NCBI GenBank assembly: GCA_032718475.1
Contig: JAUCBJ010002604.1
Coordinates: 1-50,882, forward strand
Source: Nemertoderma westbladi
Taxonomy: Eukaryota > Animalia > Xenacoelomorpha
Length of the DNA: 50,882 nucleotides
Reading direction: 5' to 3'
Part shown: piece by piece, positions 10,396 through 25,300 of the stretch
Layout: every line of letters starts with the position of its first letter
How positions within the stretch are numbered: position 1 is the first letter of the stretch
Program-made: the position numbers and the translations under genes
Notes under the pieces: model-generated
The model's input: the letters and a program-made list of their open reading frames with translations, nothing else
What the model was told of the DNA's origin: nothing
Databases searched by the model: none

Positions 10396-13300
10396 CTATC
10401 GATGATACAGTTAACAACTTACTTGTGTTTCTACAGAGACCCAAATCCAAGCTATCGATGATACAGTACAGAGACCCAGATCCAAGCTATCGATGATACA
10501 GTTAACAACTTACTTGTGTTTCTACAGAGACCCAGATCCAAGCTATCGATGATACAGTACAGAGACCCAGACCCAAGCTATCGATGATACAGTTAACAAC
10601 TTACTTGTGTTTCTACAGAGACCCAGATCCAAGCTATCGATGATACAGTTAACAACTTACTTGTGTTTCTACAGAGACCCAGATCCAAGCTATCGATGAT
10701 ACAGTTAACAACTTACTTGTGTTTCTACAGAGACCCAGATCCAAGCTATCGATGATACAGTTAACAACTTACTTGTGTTTCTACAGAGTCCCAGATCCAA
10801 GCTATCGATGATACAGTTAACAACTTACTTGTGTTTCTACAGAGTCCCAGATCCAAGCTATCGATGATACAGTACAGAGACCCAGATCCAAGCTATCGAT
10901 GATACAGTTAACAACTTACTTGTGTTTCTACAGAGACCCAGATCCAAGCTATCGATGATACCGTTAACAACTTACTTGTGTTTCTACAGAGACCCAGATC
11001 CAAGCTATCGATGATACAGTTAACAACTTACTTGTGTTTCTACAGAGTCCCAGATCCAAGCTATCGATGATACAGTTAACAACTTACTTGTGTTTCAGAG
11101 CCCAGATCCAAGCTATCGATGATACAGTTAACAACTTACTTGTGTTTCTACAGAGACCCAGATCCAAGCTATCGATGATACAGTTAACAACTTACTTGTG
11201 TTTCTACAGAGTCCCAGATCCAAGCTATCGATGATACAGTTAACAACTTACTTGTGTTTCTACAGAGACCCAGATCCAAGCTATCGATGATACAGTACAG
11301 AGACCCAAATCCAAGCTATCGATGATACAGTACAGAGACCCAAATCCAAGCTATCGATGATACAGTTAACAACTTACTTGTGTTTCTACAGAGACCCAGA
11401 TCCAAGCTATCGATGATACAGTTAACAACTTACTTGTGTTTCTACAGAGACCCAAATCCAAGCTATCGATGATACAGTTAACAACTTACTTGTGTTTCTA
11501 CAGAGACCCAGATCCAAGCTATCGATGATACAGTTAACAACTTACTTGTGTTTCTACAGAGTCCCAGATCCAAGCTATCGATGATACAGTACAGAGACCC
11601 AGATCCAAGCTATCGATGATACAGTTAACAACTTACTTGTGTTTCTACAGAGTCCCAGATCCAAGCTATCGATGATACAGTACAGAGACCCAGATCCAAG
11701 CTATCGATGATACAGTTAACAACTTACTTGTGTTTCTACAGAGTCCCAGATCCAAGCTATCGATGATACAGTACAGAGACCCAGATCCAAGCTATCGATG
11801 ATACAGTTAACAACTTACTTGTGTTCCTACAGAGTCCCAGATCCAAGCTATATCGATGATACAGTACAGAGACCCAGATCCAAGCTATCGATGATACAGT
11901 TAACAACTTACTTGTGTTTCTACAGAGTCCCAGATCCAAGCTATCGATGATACAGTACAGAGACCCAGATCCAAGCTATCGATGATACAGTTAACAACTT
12001 ACTTGTGTTTCTACAGAGACCCAGATCCAAGCTATCGATGATACAGTTAACAACTTACTTGTGTTTCTACAGAGACCCAGATCCAAGCTATCGATGATAC
12101 AGTTAACAACTTACTTGTGTTTCTACAGAGTCCCAGATCCAAGCTATCGATGATACAGTTAACAACTTACTTGTGTTTCTAAAGAGTCCCAGATCCAAGC
12201 TATCGATGATACAGTACAGAGACCCAGATCCAAGCTATCGATGATACAGTTAACAACTTACTTGTGTTTCTACAGAGTCCCAGATCCAAGCTATCGATGA
12301 TACAGTACAGAGACCCAGATCCAAGCTATCGATGATACAGTTAACAACTTACTTGTGTTTCTACAGAGACCCAGATCCAAGCTATCGATGATACAGTACA
12401 GAGACCCAGACCCAAGCTATCGATGATACAGTTAACAACTTACTTGTGTTTTTACATAGACCCAGATCCAAGCTATCGATGATACAGTTAACAACTTACT
12501 TGTGTTTCTACAGAGTCCCAGATCCAAGCTATCGATGATACAGTTAACAACTTACTTGTGTTTCTACAGAGACCCAGATCCAAGCTATCGATGATACAGT
12601 TAACAACTTACTTGTGTTTCTACATAGACCCAGATCCAAACTATCGATGATACAGTTAACAACTTACTTGTGTTTCTACAGAGACCCAAATCCAAGCTAT
12701 CGATGATACAGTTAACAACTTACTTGTGTTTCTACAGAGACCCAGATCCAAGCTATCGATGATACAGTTAACAACTTACTTGTGTTTCTACAGAGACCCA
12801 AATCCAAGCTATCGATGATACAGTTAACAACTTACTTGTGTTTCTACAGAGTCCCAGATCCAAGCTATCGATGATACAGTACAGAGACCCAAATCCAAGC
12901 TATCGATGATATAGTACAGAGACCCAAATCCAAGCTATCGATGATACAGTTAACAACTTACTTGTGTTTATACAGAGTCCCAGATCCAAGCTATCGATGA
13001 TACCATTAACAACTTACTTGTGTTTCTACAGAGTCCCAGATCCAAGCTATCGATGATACAGTTAACAACTTACTTGTGTTTCTACAGAGTCCCAGATCCA
13101 AGCTATCGATGATACAGTTAACAACTTACTTGTGTTTCTACAGAGTCCCAGATCGAAGCTATCGATGATACAGCTAACAACTTACTTGTGTTTCTACAGA
13201 GACCCAGATCCAAGCTACCGATGATACAGTTAACTACTTACTTGTGTTTCTACAGAGTCCCAGATCCAAGCTATCGATGATACAGTTAACAACTTACTTG

Positions 13301-16300
13301 TGTTTCTACAGAGACCCAGATCCAAGCTATCGATGATACAGTTAACAACTTACTTGTGTTTCTACAGAGGCCCAGATCCAAGCTATCGATGATACAGTTA
13401 ACAACTTACTTGTGTTTCTACAGAGGCCCAGATCCAAGCTATCGATGATACCGTTAACAACTTACTTGTGTTTCTACAGAGTCCCAGATCCAAGCTATCG
13501 ATGATACAGTTAACAACTTACTTGTGTTTCTACAGAGTCCCAGATCCAAGCTATCGATGATACAGTTAACAACTTACTTGTGTTTCTACAGAGACCCAGA
13601 TCCAAGCTATCGATGATACAGTACAGAGACCCAAATCCAAGCTATCGATGATACAGTACAGAGACCCAAATCCAAGCTATCGATGATACAGTTAACAACT
13701 TACTTGTGTTTCTACAGAGACCCAGATCCAAGCTATCGATGATACAGTTAACAACTTACTTGTGTTTCTACAGAGACCCAAAACCAAGCTATCGATGATA
13801 CAGTTAACAACTTACTTGTGTTTCTACAGAGACCCAGATCCAAGCTATCGATGATACAGTTAACAACTTACTTGTGTTTCTACAGAGTCCCAGATCCAAG
13901 CTATCGATGATACAGTACAGAGACCCAGATCCAAGCTATCGATGATACAGTTAACAACTTACTTGTGTTTCTACAGAGTCCCAGATCCAAGCTATATTGA
14001 TGATACAGTACAGAGACCCAGATCCAAGCTATCGATGATACAGTTAACAACTTACTTGTGTTTCTACAGAGTCCCAGATCCAAGCTATCGATGATACAGT
14101 ACAGAGACCCAGATCCAAGCTATCGATGATACAGTTAACAACTTACTTGTGTTCCTACAGAGTCCCAGATCCAAGCTATATCGATGATACAGTACAGAGA
14201 CCCAGATCCAAGCTATCGATGATACAGTTAACAACTTACTTGTGTTTCTACAGAGTCCCAGATCCAAGCTATCGATGATACAGTACAGAGACCCAGATCC
14301 AAGCTATCGATGATACAGTTAACAACTTACTTGTGTTTCTACAGAGTCCCAGATCCAAGCTATCGATGATACAGTTAACAACTTACTTGTGTTTCTACAG
14401 AGACCCAGATCCAAGCTATCGATGATACAGTTAACAACTTACTTGTGTTTCTACAGAGTCCCAGATCCAAGCTATCGATGATACAGTTAACAACTTACTT
14501 GTGTTTCTAAAGAGTCCCAGATCCAAGCTATCGATGATACAGTACAGAGACCCAGATCCAAGCTATCGATGATACAGTTAACAACTTACTTGTGTTTCTA
14601 CAGAGTCCCAGATCCAAGCTATCGATGATACAGTACAGAGACCCAGATCCAAGCTATCGATGATACAGTTAACAACTTACTTGTGTTTCTACAGAGACCC
14701 AGATCCAAGCTATCGATGATACAGTACAGAGACCCAGACCCAAGCTATCGATGATACAGTTAACAACTTACTTGTGTTTTTACATAGACCCAGATCCAAG
14801 CTATCGATGATACAGTTAACAACTTACTTGTGTTTCTACAGAGTCCCAGATCCAAGCTATCGATGATACAGTTAACAACTTACTTGTGTTTCTACAGAGA
14901 CCCAGATCCAAGCTATCGATGATACAGTTAACAACTTACTTGTGTTTCTACATAGACCCAGATCCAAACTATCGATGATACAGTTAACAACTTACTTGTG
15001 TTTCTACAGAGACCCAAATCCAAGCTATCGATGATACAGTTAACAACTTACTTGTGTTTCTACAGAGACCCAGATCCAAGCTATCGATGATACAGTTAAC
15101 AACTTACTTGTGTTTCTACAGAGACCCAAATCCAAGCTATCGATGATACAGTTAACAACTTACTTGTGTTTCTACAGAGTCCCAGATCCAAGCTATCGAT
15201 GATACAGTACAGAGACCCAAATCCAAGCTATCGATGATATAGTACAGAGACCCAAATCCAAGCTATCGATGATACAGTTAACAACTTACTTGTGTTTATA
15301 CAGAGTCCCAGATCCAAGCTATCGATGATACCGTTAACAACTTACTTGTGTTTCTACAGAGTCCCAGATCCAAGCTATCGATGATACAGTTAACAACTTA
15401 CTTGTGTTTCTACAGAGTCCCAGATCCAAGCTATCGATGATACAGTTAACAACTTACTTGTGTTTCTACAGAGACCCAAATCCAAGCTATCGATGATACA
15501 GTTAACAACTTACTTGTGTTTCTACAGAGACCCAGATCCAAGCTATCGATGATACAGTACAGAGACCCAAATCCAAGCTATCGATGATACAGTACAGAGA
15601 CCCAAATCCAAGCTATTGATGATACAGTTAACAACTTACTTGTGTTTCTACAGAGACCCAAATCCAAGCTATCGATGATACAGTACAGAGACCCAGACCC
15701 AAGCTATCGATGATATAGTTAACAACTTAATTGTGTTTCTACATAGACCCAGATCCAAGCTATCGATGATACAGTTAACAACTTACTTGTGTTTCTACAG
15801 AGACCCAAATCCAAGCTATCGATGATACAGTACAGAGACCCAGACCCAAGCTATCGATGATATAGTTAACAACTTAATTGTGTTTCTACATAGACCCAGA
15901 TCCAAGCTATCGATGATACAGTTAACAACTTACTTGTGTTTCTACAGAGACCCAGATCCAAGCTATCGATGATACAGTTAACAACTTACTTGTGTTTCTA
16001 CAGAGACCCAAATCCAAGCTATCGATGATACAGTACAGAGACTCAGACCCAAGCTATCGATGATACAGTTAACAACTTACTTGTGTTTCTACAGAGACCC
16101 AAATCCAAGCTATCGATGATACAGTTAACAACTTACTTGTGTTTCTACATAGACCCAGATCCAAGCTATCGATGATACAGTTAACAACTTACTTGTGTTT
16201 CTACAGAGACCCAAATCCAAGCTATCGATGATACAGTACAGAGACCCAGATCCACGCTATCGATGATACAGTTAACAACTTACTTGTGTTTCTACAGAGA

Positions 16301-19300
16301 CCCAAATCCAAGCTATCGATGATACAGTACAGAGACCCAGACCCAAGCTATCGATGATACAGTTAACAACTTACTTGTGTTTCTACAGAGACCCAAATCC
16401 AAGCTATCGATGATACAGTTAACAACTTACTTGTGTTTCTACATAGACCCAGATCCAAGCTATCGATGATACAGTTAACAACTTACTTGTGTTTCTACAT
16501 AGACCCAGACCCAAGCTATCGATGATACAGTTAACAACTTACTTGTGTTTCTACAGAGACCCAAATCCAAGCTATCGATGATACAGTACAGAGACCCAGA
16601 TCCAAGCTATCGATGATACCGTTAACAACTTACTTGTGTTTCTACAGAGACCCAGACCCAAGCTATCGATGATACAGTTAACAACTTACTTGTGTTTCTA
16701 CAGAGACCCAAATCCAAGCTATCGATGATACAGTACAGAGACCCAGACCCAAGCTATCGATGATATAGTTAACAACTTAATTGTGTTTCTACATAGACCC
16801 ACATCCAAGCTATCGATGATACAGTTAACAACTTACTTGTGTTTCTACAGAGACCCAGATCCAAGCTATCGATGATACAGTTAACAACTTACTTGTGTTT
16901 CTACAGAGTCCCAGATCCAAGCTATCGATGATACAGTTAACAACTTACTTGTGTTTCAACAGAGACCCAAATCCAAGCTATCGATGATACAGATAACAAC
17001 TTACTTGTGTTTCTACAGAGACCCAAATCCAAGCTATCGATGATACAGTTAACAACTTACTTGTGTTTCTACAGAGACCCAGATCCAAGCTATCGATGAT
17101 ACAGTTAACAACTTACTTGTGTTTCTACAGAGACCCAGATCCAAGCTATCGATGATACAGTTAACAACTTACTTGTGTTTCTACAGAGGCCCAGATCCAA
17201 GCTATCGATGATACAGATAACAACTTACTTGTGTTTCTACAGAGTCCCAGATCCAAGCTATCGATGATACAGTACAGAGACCCAGATCCAAGCTATCAAT
17301 GATACCGTTAACAACTTACTTGTGTTTCTACAGAGACCCAGATCCAAGCTATCGATGATACCGTTAACAACTTACTTGTGTTTCTACAGAGACCCAGATC
17401 CAAGCTATCGATGATACAGTTAACAACTTACTTGTGTTTCTACAGAGTCCCAGATCCAAGCTATCGATGATACAGTACAGAGACCCAGATCCAAGCTATC
17501 GATGATACAGTTAACAACTTACTTGTGTTTCTACAGAGACCCAGATCCAAGCTATCGATGATACAGTTAACAACTTACTTGTGTTTCTACAGAGTCCCAG
17601 ATCCAAGCTATCGATGATACAGTTAACAACTTACTTGTGTTTCTACAGAGACCCAGATCCAAGCTATCGATGATACAGTACAGAGACCCAAATCCAAGCT
17701 ATCGATGATACAGTACAGAGACCCAAATCCAAGCTATCGATGATACAGTTAACAACTTACTTGTGTTTCTACAGAGACCCAGATCCAAGCTATCGATGAT
17801 ACAGTTAACAACTTACTTGTGTTTCTACAGAGACCCAAAACCAAGCTATCGATGATACAGTTAACAACTTACTTGTGTTTCTACAGAGACCCAGATCCAA
17901 GCTATCGATGATACAGTTAACAACTTACTTGTGTTTCTACAGAGTCCCAGATCCAAGCTATCGATGATACAGTACAGAGACCCAGATCCAAGCTATCGAT
18001 GATACAGTACAGAGACCCAGATCCAAGCTATCGATGATACAGTTAACAACTTACTTGTGTTTCTACAGAGTCCCAGATCCAAGCTATATCGATGATACAG
18101 TACAGAGACCCAGATCCAAGCTATCGATGATACAGTTAACAACTTACTTGTGTTTCTACAGAGTCCCAGATCCAAGCTATCGATGATACAGTACAGAGAC
18201 CTAGATCCAAGCTATCGATGATACAGTTAACAACTTACTTGTGTTCCTACAGAGTCCCAGATCCAAGCTATATCGATGATACAGTACAGAGACCCAGATC
18301 CAAGCTATCGATGATACAGTTAACAACTTACTTGTGTTTCTACAGAGTCCCAGATCCAAGCTATCGATGATACAGTACAGAGACCCAGATCCAAGCTATC
18401 GATGATACAGTTAACAACTTACTTGTGTTTCTACAGAGTCCCAGATCCAAGATATCGATGATACAGTTAACAACTTACTTGTGTTTCTACAGAGACCCAG
18501 ATCCAAGCTATCGATGATACAGTTAACAACTTACTTGTGTTTCTACAGAGTCCCAGATCCAAGCTATCGATGATACAGTTAACAACTTACTTGTGTTTCT
18601 AAAGAGTCCCAGATCCAAGCTATCGATGATACAGTACAGAGACCCAGATCCAAGCTATCGATAATACAGTTAACAACTTACTTGTGTTTCTACAGAGTCC
18701 CAGATCCAAGCTATCGATGATACAGTACAGAGACCCAGATCCAAGCTATCGATGATACAGTTAACAACTTACTTGTGTTTCTACAGAGACCCAGATCCAA
18801 GCTATCGATGATACAGTACAGAGACCCAGACCCAAGCTATCGATGATACAGTTAACAACTTACTTGTGTTTTTACATAGACCCAGATCCAAGCTATCGAT
18901 GATACAGTTAACAACTTACTTGTGTTTCTACAGAGTCCCAGATCCAAGCTATCGATGATACAGTTAACAACTTACTTGTGTTTCTACAGAGACCCAGATC
19001 CAAGCTATCGATGATACAGTTAACAACTTACTTGTGTTTCTACATAGACCCAGATCCAAACTATCGATGATACAGTTAACAACTTACTTGTGTTTCTACA
19101 GAGACCCAAATCCAAGCTATCGATGATACAGTTAACAACTTACTTGTGTTTCTACAGAGACCCAAATCCAAGCTATCGATGATACAGTTAACAACTTACT
19201 TATGTTTCTACAGAGTCCCAGATCCAAGCTATCGATGATACAGTTAACAACTTACTTGTGTTTCTACAGAGACCCAAATCCAAGCTATCGATGATACAGT

Positions 19301-22300
19301 TAACAACTTACTTGTGTTTCTACAGAGTCCCAGATCCAAGCTATCGATGATACAGTACAGAGACCCAAATCCAAGCTATCGATGATACAGTACAGAGACC
19401 CAAATCCAAGCTATCGATGATACAGTTAACAACTTACTTGTGTTTATACAGAGTCCCAGATCCAAGCTATCGATGATACCGTTAACAACTTACTTGTGTT
19501 TCTACAGAGTCCCAGATCCAAGCTATCGATGATACAGTTAACAACTTACTTGTGTTTCTACAGAGTCCCAGATCCAAGCTATCGATGATACAGTTAACAA
19601 CTTACTTGTGTTTCTACAGAGACCCAAATCCAAGCTATCGATGATACAGTTAACAACTTACTTGTGTTTCTACAGAGACCCAGATCCAAGCTATCGATGA
19701 TACAGTACAGAGACCCAAATCCAAGCTATCGATGATACAGTACAGAGACCCAAATCCAAGCTATCGATGATACAGTTAACAACTTACTTGTGTTTCTACA
19801 GAGACCCAAATCCAAGCTATCGATGATACAGTACAGAGACCCAGACCCAAGCTATCGATGATATAGTTAACAACTTAATTGTGTTTCTACATAGACCCAG
19901 ATCCAAGCTATCGATGATACAGTTAACAACTTACTTGTGTTTCTACAGAGACCCAAATCCAAGCTATCGATGATACAGTACAGAGACCCAGACCCAAGCT
20001 ATCGATGATATAGTTAACAACTTAATTGTGTTTCTACATAGACCCAGATCCAAGCTATCGATGATACAGTTAACAACTTACTTGTGTTTCTACAGAGACC
20101 CAGATCCAAGCTATCGATGATACAGTTAACAACTTACTTGTGTTTCTACAGAGACCCAAATCCAAGCTATCGATGATACAGTACAGAGACCCAGACCCAA
20201 GCTATCGATGATACAGTTAACAACTTACTTGTGTTTCTACAGAGACCCAAATCCAAGCTATCGATGATACAGTTAACAACTTACTTGTGTTTCTACATAG
20301 ACCCAGATCCAAGCTATCGATGATACAGTTAACAACTTACTTGTGTTTCTACAGAGACCCAAATCCAAGCTATCGATGATACAGTACAGAGACCCAGATC
20401 CAAGCTATCGATGATACAGTTAACAACTTACTTGTGTTTCTACAGAGACCCAAATCCAAGCTATCGATGATACAGTACAGAGACCCAGACCCAAGCTATC
20501 GATGATACAGTTAACAACTTACTTGTGTTTCTACAGAGACCCAAATCCAAGCTATCGATGATACAGTTAACAACTTACTTGTGTTTCTACATAGACCCAG
20601 ATCCAAGCTATCGATGATACAGTTAACAACTTACTTGTGTTTCTACATAGACCCAGACCCAAGCTATCGATGATACAGTTAACAACTTACTTGTGTTTCT
20701 ACAGAGACCCAAATCCAAGCTATCGATGATACAGTACAGAGACCCAGATCCAAGCTATCGATGATACCGTTAACAACTTACTTGTGTTTCTACAGAGACC
20801 CAGACCCAAGCTATCGATGATACAGTTAACAACTTACTTGTGTTTCTACAGAGACCCAAATCCAAGCTATCGATGATACAGTACAGAGACCCAGACCCAA
20901 GCTATCGATGATATAGTTAACAACTTAATTGTGTTTCTACATAGACCCAGATCCAAGCTATCGATGATACAGTTAACAACTTACTTGTGTTTCTACAGAG
21001 ACCCAGATCCAAGCTATCGATGATACAGTTAACAACTTACTTGTGTTTCTACAGAGTCCCAGATCCAAGCTATCGATGATACAGTTAACAACTTACTTGT
21101 GTTTCAACAGAGACCCAAATCCAAGCTATCGATGATACAGATAACAACTTACTTGTGTTTCTACAGAGACCCAGATCCAAGCTATCGATGATACAGTTAA
21201 CAACTTACTTGTGTTTCTACAGAGACCCAGATCCAAGCTATCGATGATACAGTTAACAACTTACTTGTGTTTCTACAGAGACCCAAATCCAAGCTATCGA
21301 TGATACAGTACAGAGACCCAGACCCAAGCTATCGATGATATAGTTAACAACTTAATTGTGTTTCTACATAGACCCAGATCCAAGCTATCGATGATACAGT
21401 TAACAACTTACTTGTGTTTCTACAGAGACCCAGATCCAAGCTATCGATGATACAGTTAACAACTTACTTGTGTTTCTACAGAGACCCAGATCCAAGCTAT
21501 CGATGATACAGTTAACAACTTACTTGTGTTTCTACAGAGACCCAGATCCAAGCTATCGATGATACAGTTAACAACTTACTTGTGTTTCTACAGAGACCCA
21601 GATCCAAGCTATCGATGATACCGTTAACAACTTACTTGTGTTTCAACAGAGACCCAAATCCAAGCTATCGATGATACAGTTAACAACTTACTTGTGTTTC
21701 TACAGAGGCCCATATCCAAGCTATCGATAATACCGTTAACAACTTACTTGTGTTTCTACAGAGTCCCAGATCCAAGCTATTGATGATACAGTTAACAACT
21801 TACTTGTGTTTCTACAGAGACCCAGATCCAAGCTATCGATGATACCGTTAACAACTTACTTGTGTTTCTACAGAGACCCAAATCCAAGCTATCGATGATA
21901 CAGTACAGAGACCCAGATCCAAGCTATCGATGATACAGTTAACAACTTACTTGTGTTTCTACAGAGACCCAAATCCAAGCTATCGATGATACCGTTAACA
22001 ACTTACTTGTGTTTCTACAGAGACCCAAATCCAAGCTATCGATGATACAGTTAACAACTTACTTGTGTTTCTACAGAGGACCAGATCCAAGCTATCGATG
22101 ATACAGTTAACAACTTACTTGTGTTTCTACAGAGTCCCAGATCCAAGCTATCGATGATACCGTTAACAACTTACTTGTGTTTCTACAGAGGCCCAGATCC
22201 AAACTATCGATGATACAGTACAGAGACCCAGATCCAAGCTATCGATGATACAGTTAACAACTTACTTGTGTTTCTACAGAGACCCAAATCCAAGCTATCG

Positions 22301-25300
22301 ATGATACAGTACAGAGACCCAGATCCAAGCTATCGATGATACAGTTAACAACTTACTTGTGTTTCTACAGAGACCCAAATCCAAGCTATCGATGATACAG
22401 TACAGAGACCCAGATCCAAGCTATCGATGATACAGTTAACAACTTACTTGTGTTTCTACAGAGACCCAAATCCAAGCTATCGATGATACAGTACAGAGAC
22501 CCAGATCCAAGCTATCGATGATACAGATAACAACTTACTTGTGTTTCTACAGAGACCCAAATCCAAGCTATTGATGATACAGTTAACAACTTACTTGTGT
22601 TTCTACAGAGTCCCAGATCGAAGCTATCGATGATACAGCTAACAACTTACTTGTGTTTCTACAGAGACCCAGATCCAAGCTATCGATGATACAGTTAACA
22701 ACTTACTTGTGTTTCTACAGAGACCCAGATCCAAACTATCGATGATACAGTTAACAACTTACTTGTGTTTCTACATAGACCCAGATCCAAGCTATTGATG
22801 ATACAGTTAACAACTTACTTGTGTTTCTGCAGAGACCCAGATCCAAGCCATCGATGATACAGTTAACAACTTATTTGTGTTTCTACAGAGTCCCAGATCC
22901 AAGCTATCGATGATATAGTTAACAACTTACTTGTGTTTCTACAGAGTCCCAGATCCAAGCTATCGATGATACAGTACAGAGACCCAGACCCAAGCTATCG
23001 ATGATATAGTTAACAACTTAATTGTGTTTCTACATAGACCCAGATCCAAGCTATCGATGATACAGTTAACAACTTACTTGTGTTTCTACAGAGACCCAGA
23101 TCCAAGCTATCGATGATACAGTTAACAACTTACTTGTGTTTCTACAGAGACCCAAATCCAAGCTATCGATGATACAGTACAGAGACCCAGACCCAAGCTA
23201 TCGATGATACAGTTAACAACTTACTTGTGTTTCTACAGAGACCCAGATCCAAGCTATCGATGATACAGTTAACAACTTACTTGTGTTTCTACAGAGACCC
23301 AAATCCAAGCTATCGATGATACAGTACAGAGACCCAGATCCAAGCTATCGATGATACCGTTAACAACTTACTTGTGTTTCTACAGAGACCCAGACCCAAG
23401 CTATCGATGATACAGTTAACAACTTACTTGTGTTTCTACAGAGACCCAAATCCAAGCTATCGATGATACAGTACAGAGACCCAGACCCAAGCTATCGATG
23501 AATTAGTTAACAACTTAATTGTGTTTCTACATAGACCCAGATCCAAGCTATCGATGATACAGTTAACAACTTACTTGTGTTTCTACAGAGACCCAGATCC
23601 AAGCTATCGATGATACAGTTAACAACTTACTTGTGTTTCTACAGAGTCCCAGATCCAAGCTATCGATGATACAGATAACAACTTACTTGTGTTTCTACAG
23701 AGACCCAGATCCAAGCTATCGATGATACAGTTAACAACTTACTTGTGTTTCTACAGAGACCCAAATCCAAGCTATCGATGATACAGTACAGAGACCCAGA
23801 TCCAAGCTATCGATGATACAGTTAACAACTTACTTGTGTTTCTACAGAGACCCAGATCCAAGCCATCGATGATACAGTTAACAACTTACTTGTGTTTCTA
23901 CAGAGACCCAAATCCAAGCTATCGATGATACAGTTAACAACTTACTTGTGTTTCTACAGAGACCCAAATCCAAGCTATCGATGATACAGTACAGAGACCC
24001 AGACCCAAGCTATCGATGATATAGTTAACAACTTAATTGTGTTTCTACATAGACCCAGATCCAAGCTATCGATGATACAGTTAACAACTTACTTGTGTTT
24101 CTACAGAGACCCAGATCCAAGCTATCGATGATACAGTTAACAACTTACTTGTGTTTCTACAGAGACCCAGATCCAAGCTATCGATGATACAGTTAACAAC
24201 TTACTTGTGTTTCTACAGAGACCCAGACCCAAGCTGTCGATGATACAGTTAACAACTTACTTGTGTTTCTACAGAGACCCAGATCCAAGCTATCGATGAT
24301 ACCGTTAACAACTTACTTGTGTTTCTACAGAGACCCAAATCCAAGCTATCGATGATACAGTTAACAACTTACTTGTGTTTCTACAGAGTCCCAGATCCAA
24401 GCTATCGATGATACCGTTAACAACTTACTTGTGTTTCTACAGAGTCCCAGATCCAAGCTATCGATGATACAGTTAACAACTTACTTGTGTTTCTACAGAG
24501 ACCCAAATCCAAGCTATCGATGATACAGTACAGAGACCTAGATCCAAGCTATCGATGATACAGTTAACAACTTACTTGTGTTTCTACAGAGACCCAAATC
24601 CAAGCTATCGATGATACAGTACAGAGACCCAGATCCAAGCTATCGATGATACAGTTAACAACTTACTTGTGTTTCTACAGAGACCCAAATCCAAGCTATC
24701 GATGATACAGTTAACAACTTACTTGTGTTTCTACAGAGGCCCAGATCCAAGCTATCGATGATACAGTTAACAACTTACTTGTGTTTCTACAGAGACCCAA
24801 ATCCAAGCTATCGATGATACAGTTAACAACTTACTTGTGTTTCTACAGAGACCCAAATCCAAGCTATCGATGATACAGTACAGAGACCCAGATCCAAGCT
24901 ATCGATGATACAGTTAACAACTTACTTGTGTTTGTACAGAGTCCCAGATCCAAGCTATCGATGATACAGTTAACAACTTACTTGTGTTTCTACAGAGACC
25001 CAAATCCAAGCTATCGATGATACAGTACAGAGACCCAAATCCAAGCTATCGATGATACAGTTAACAACTTACTTGTGTTTCTACAGAGACCCAAATCCAA
25101 GCTATCGATGATACAGTACAGAGACCCAGATCCAAGCTATCGATGATACAGATAACAACTTACTTGTGTTTCTACAGAGACCCAAATCCAAGCTATTGAT
25201 GATACAGTTAACAACTTACTTGTGTTTCTACAGAGTCCCAGATCGAAGCTATCGATGATACAGCTAACAACTTACTTGTGTTTCTACAGAGACCCAGATC

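Noticed and set aside
10446-10500. 35-bp monomer as a spliced (intron-less) version of the 56-mer
   Set aside because: Removing the GT...AG segment would delete 27 nt and give a different junction; the observed deletion is 21 nt.
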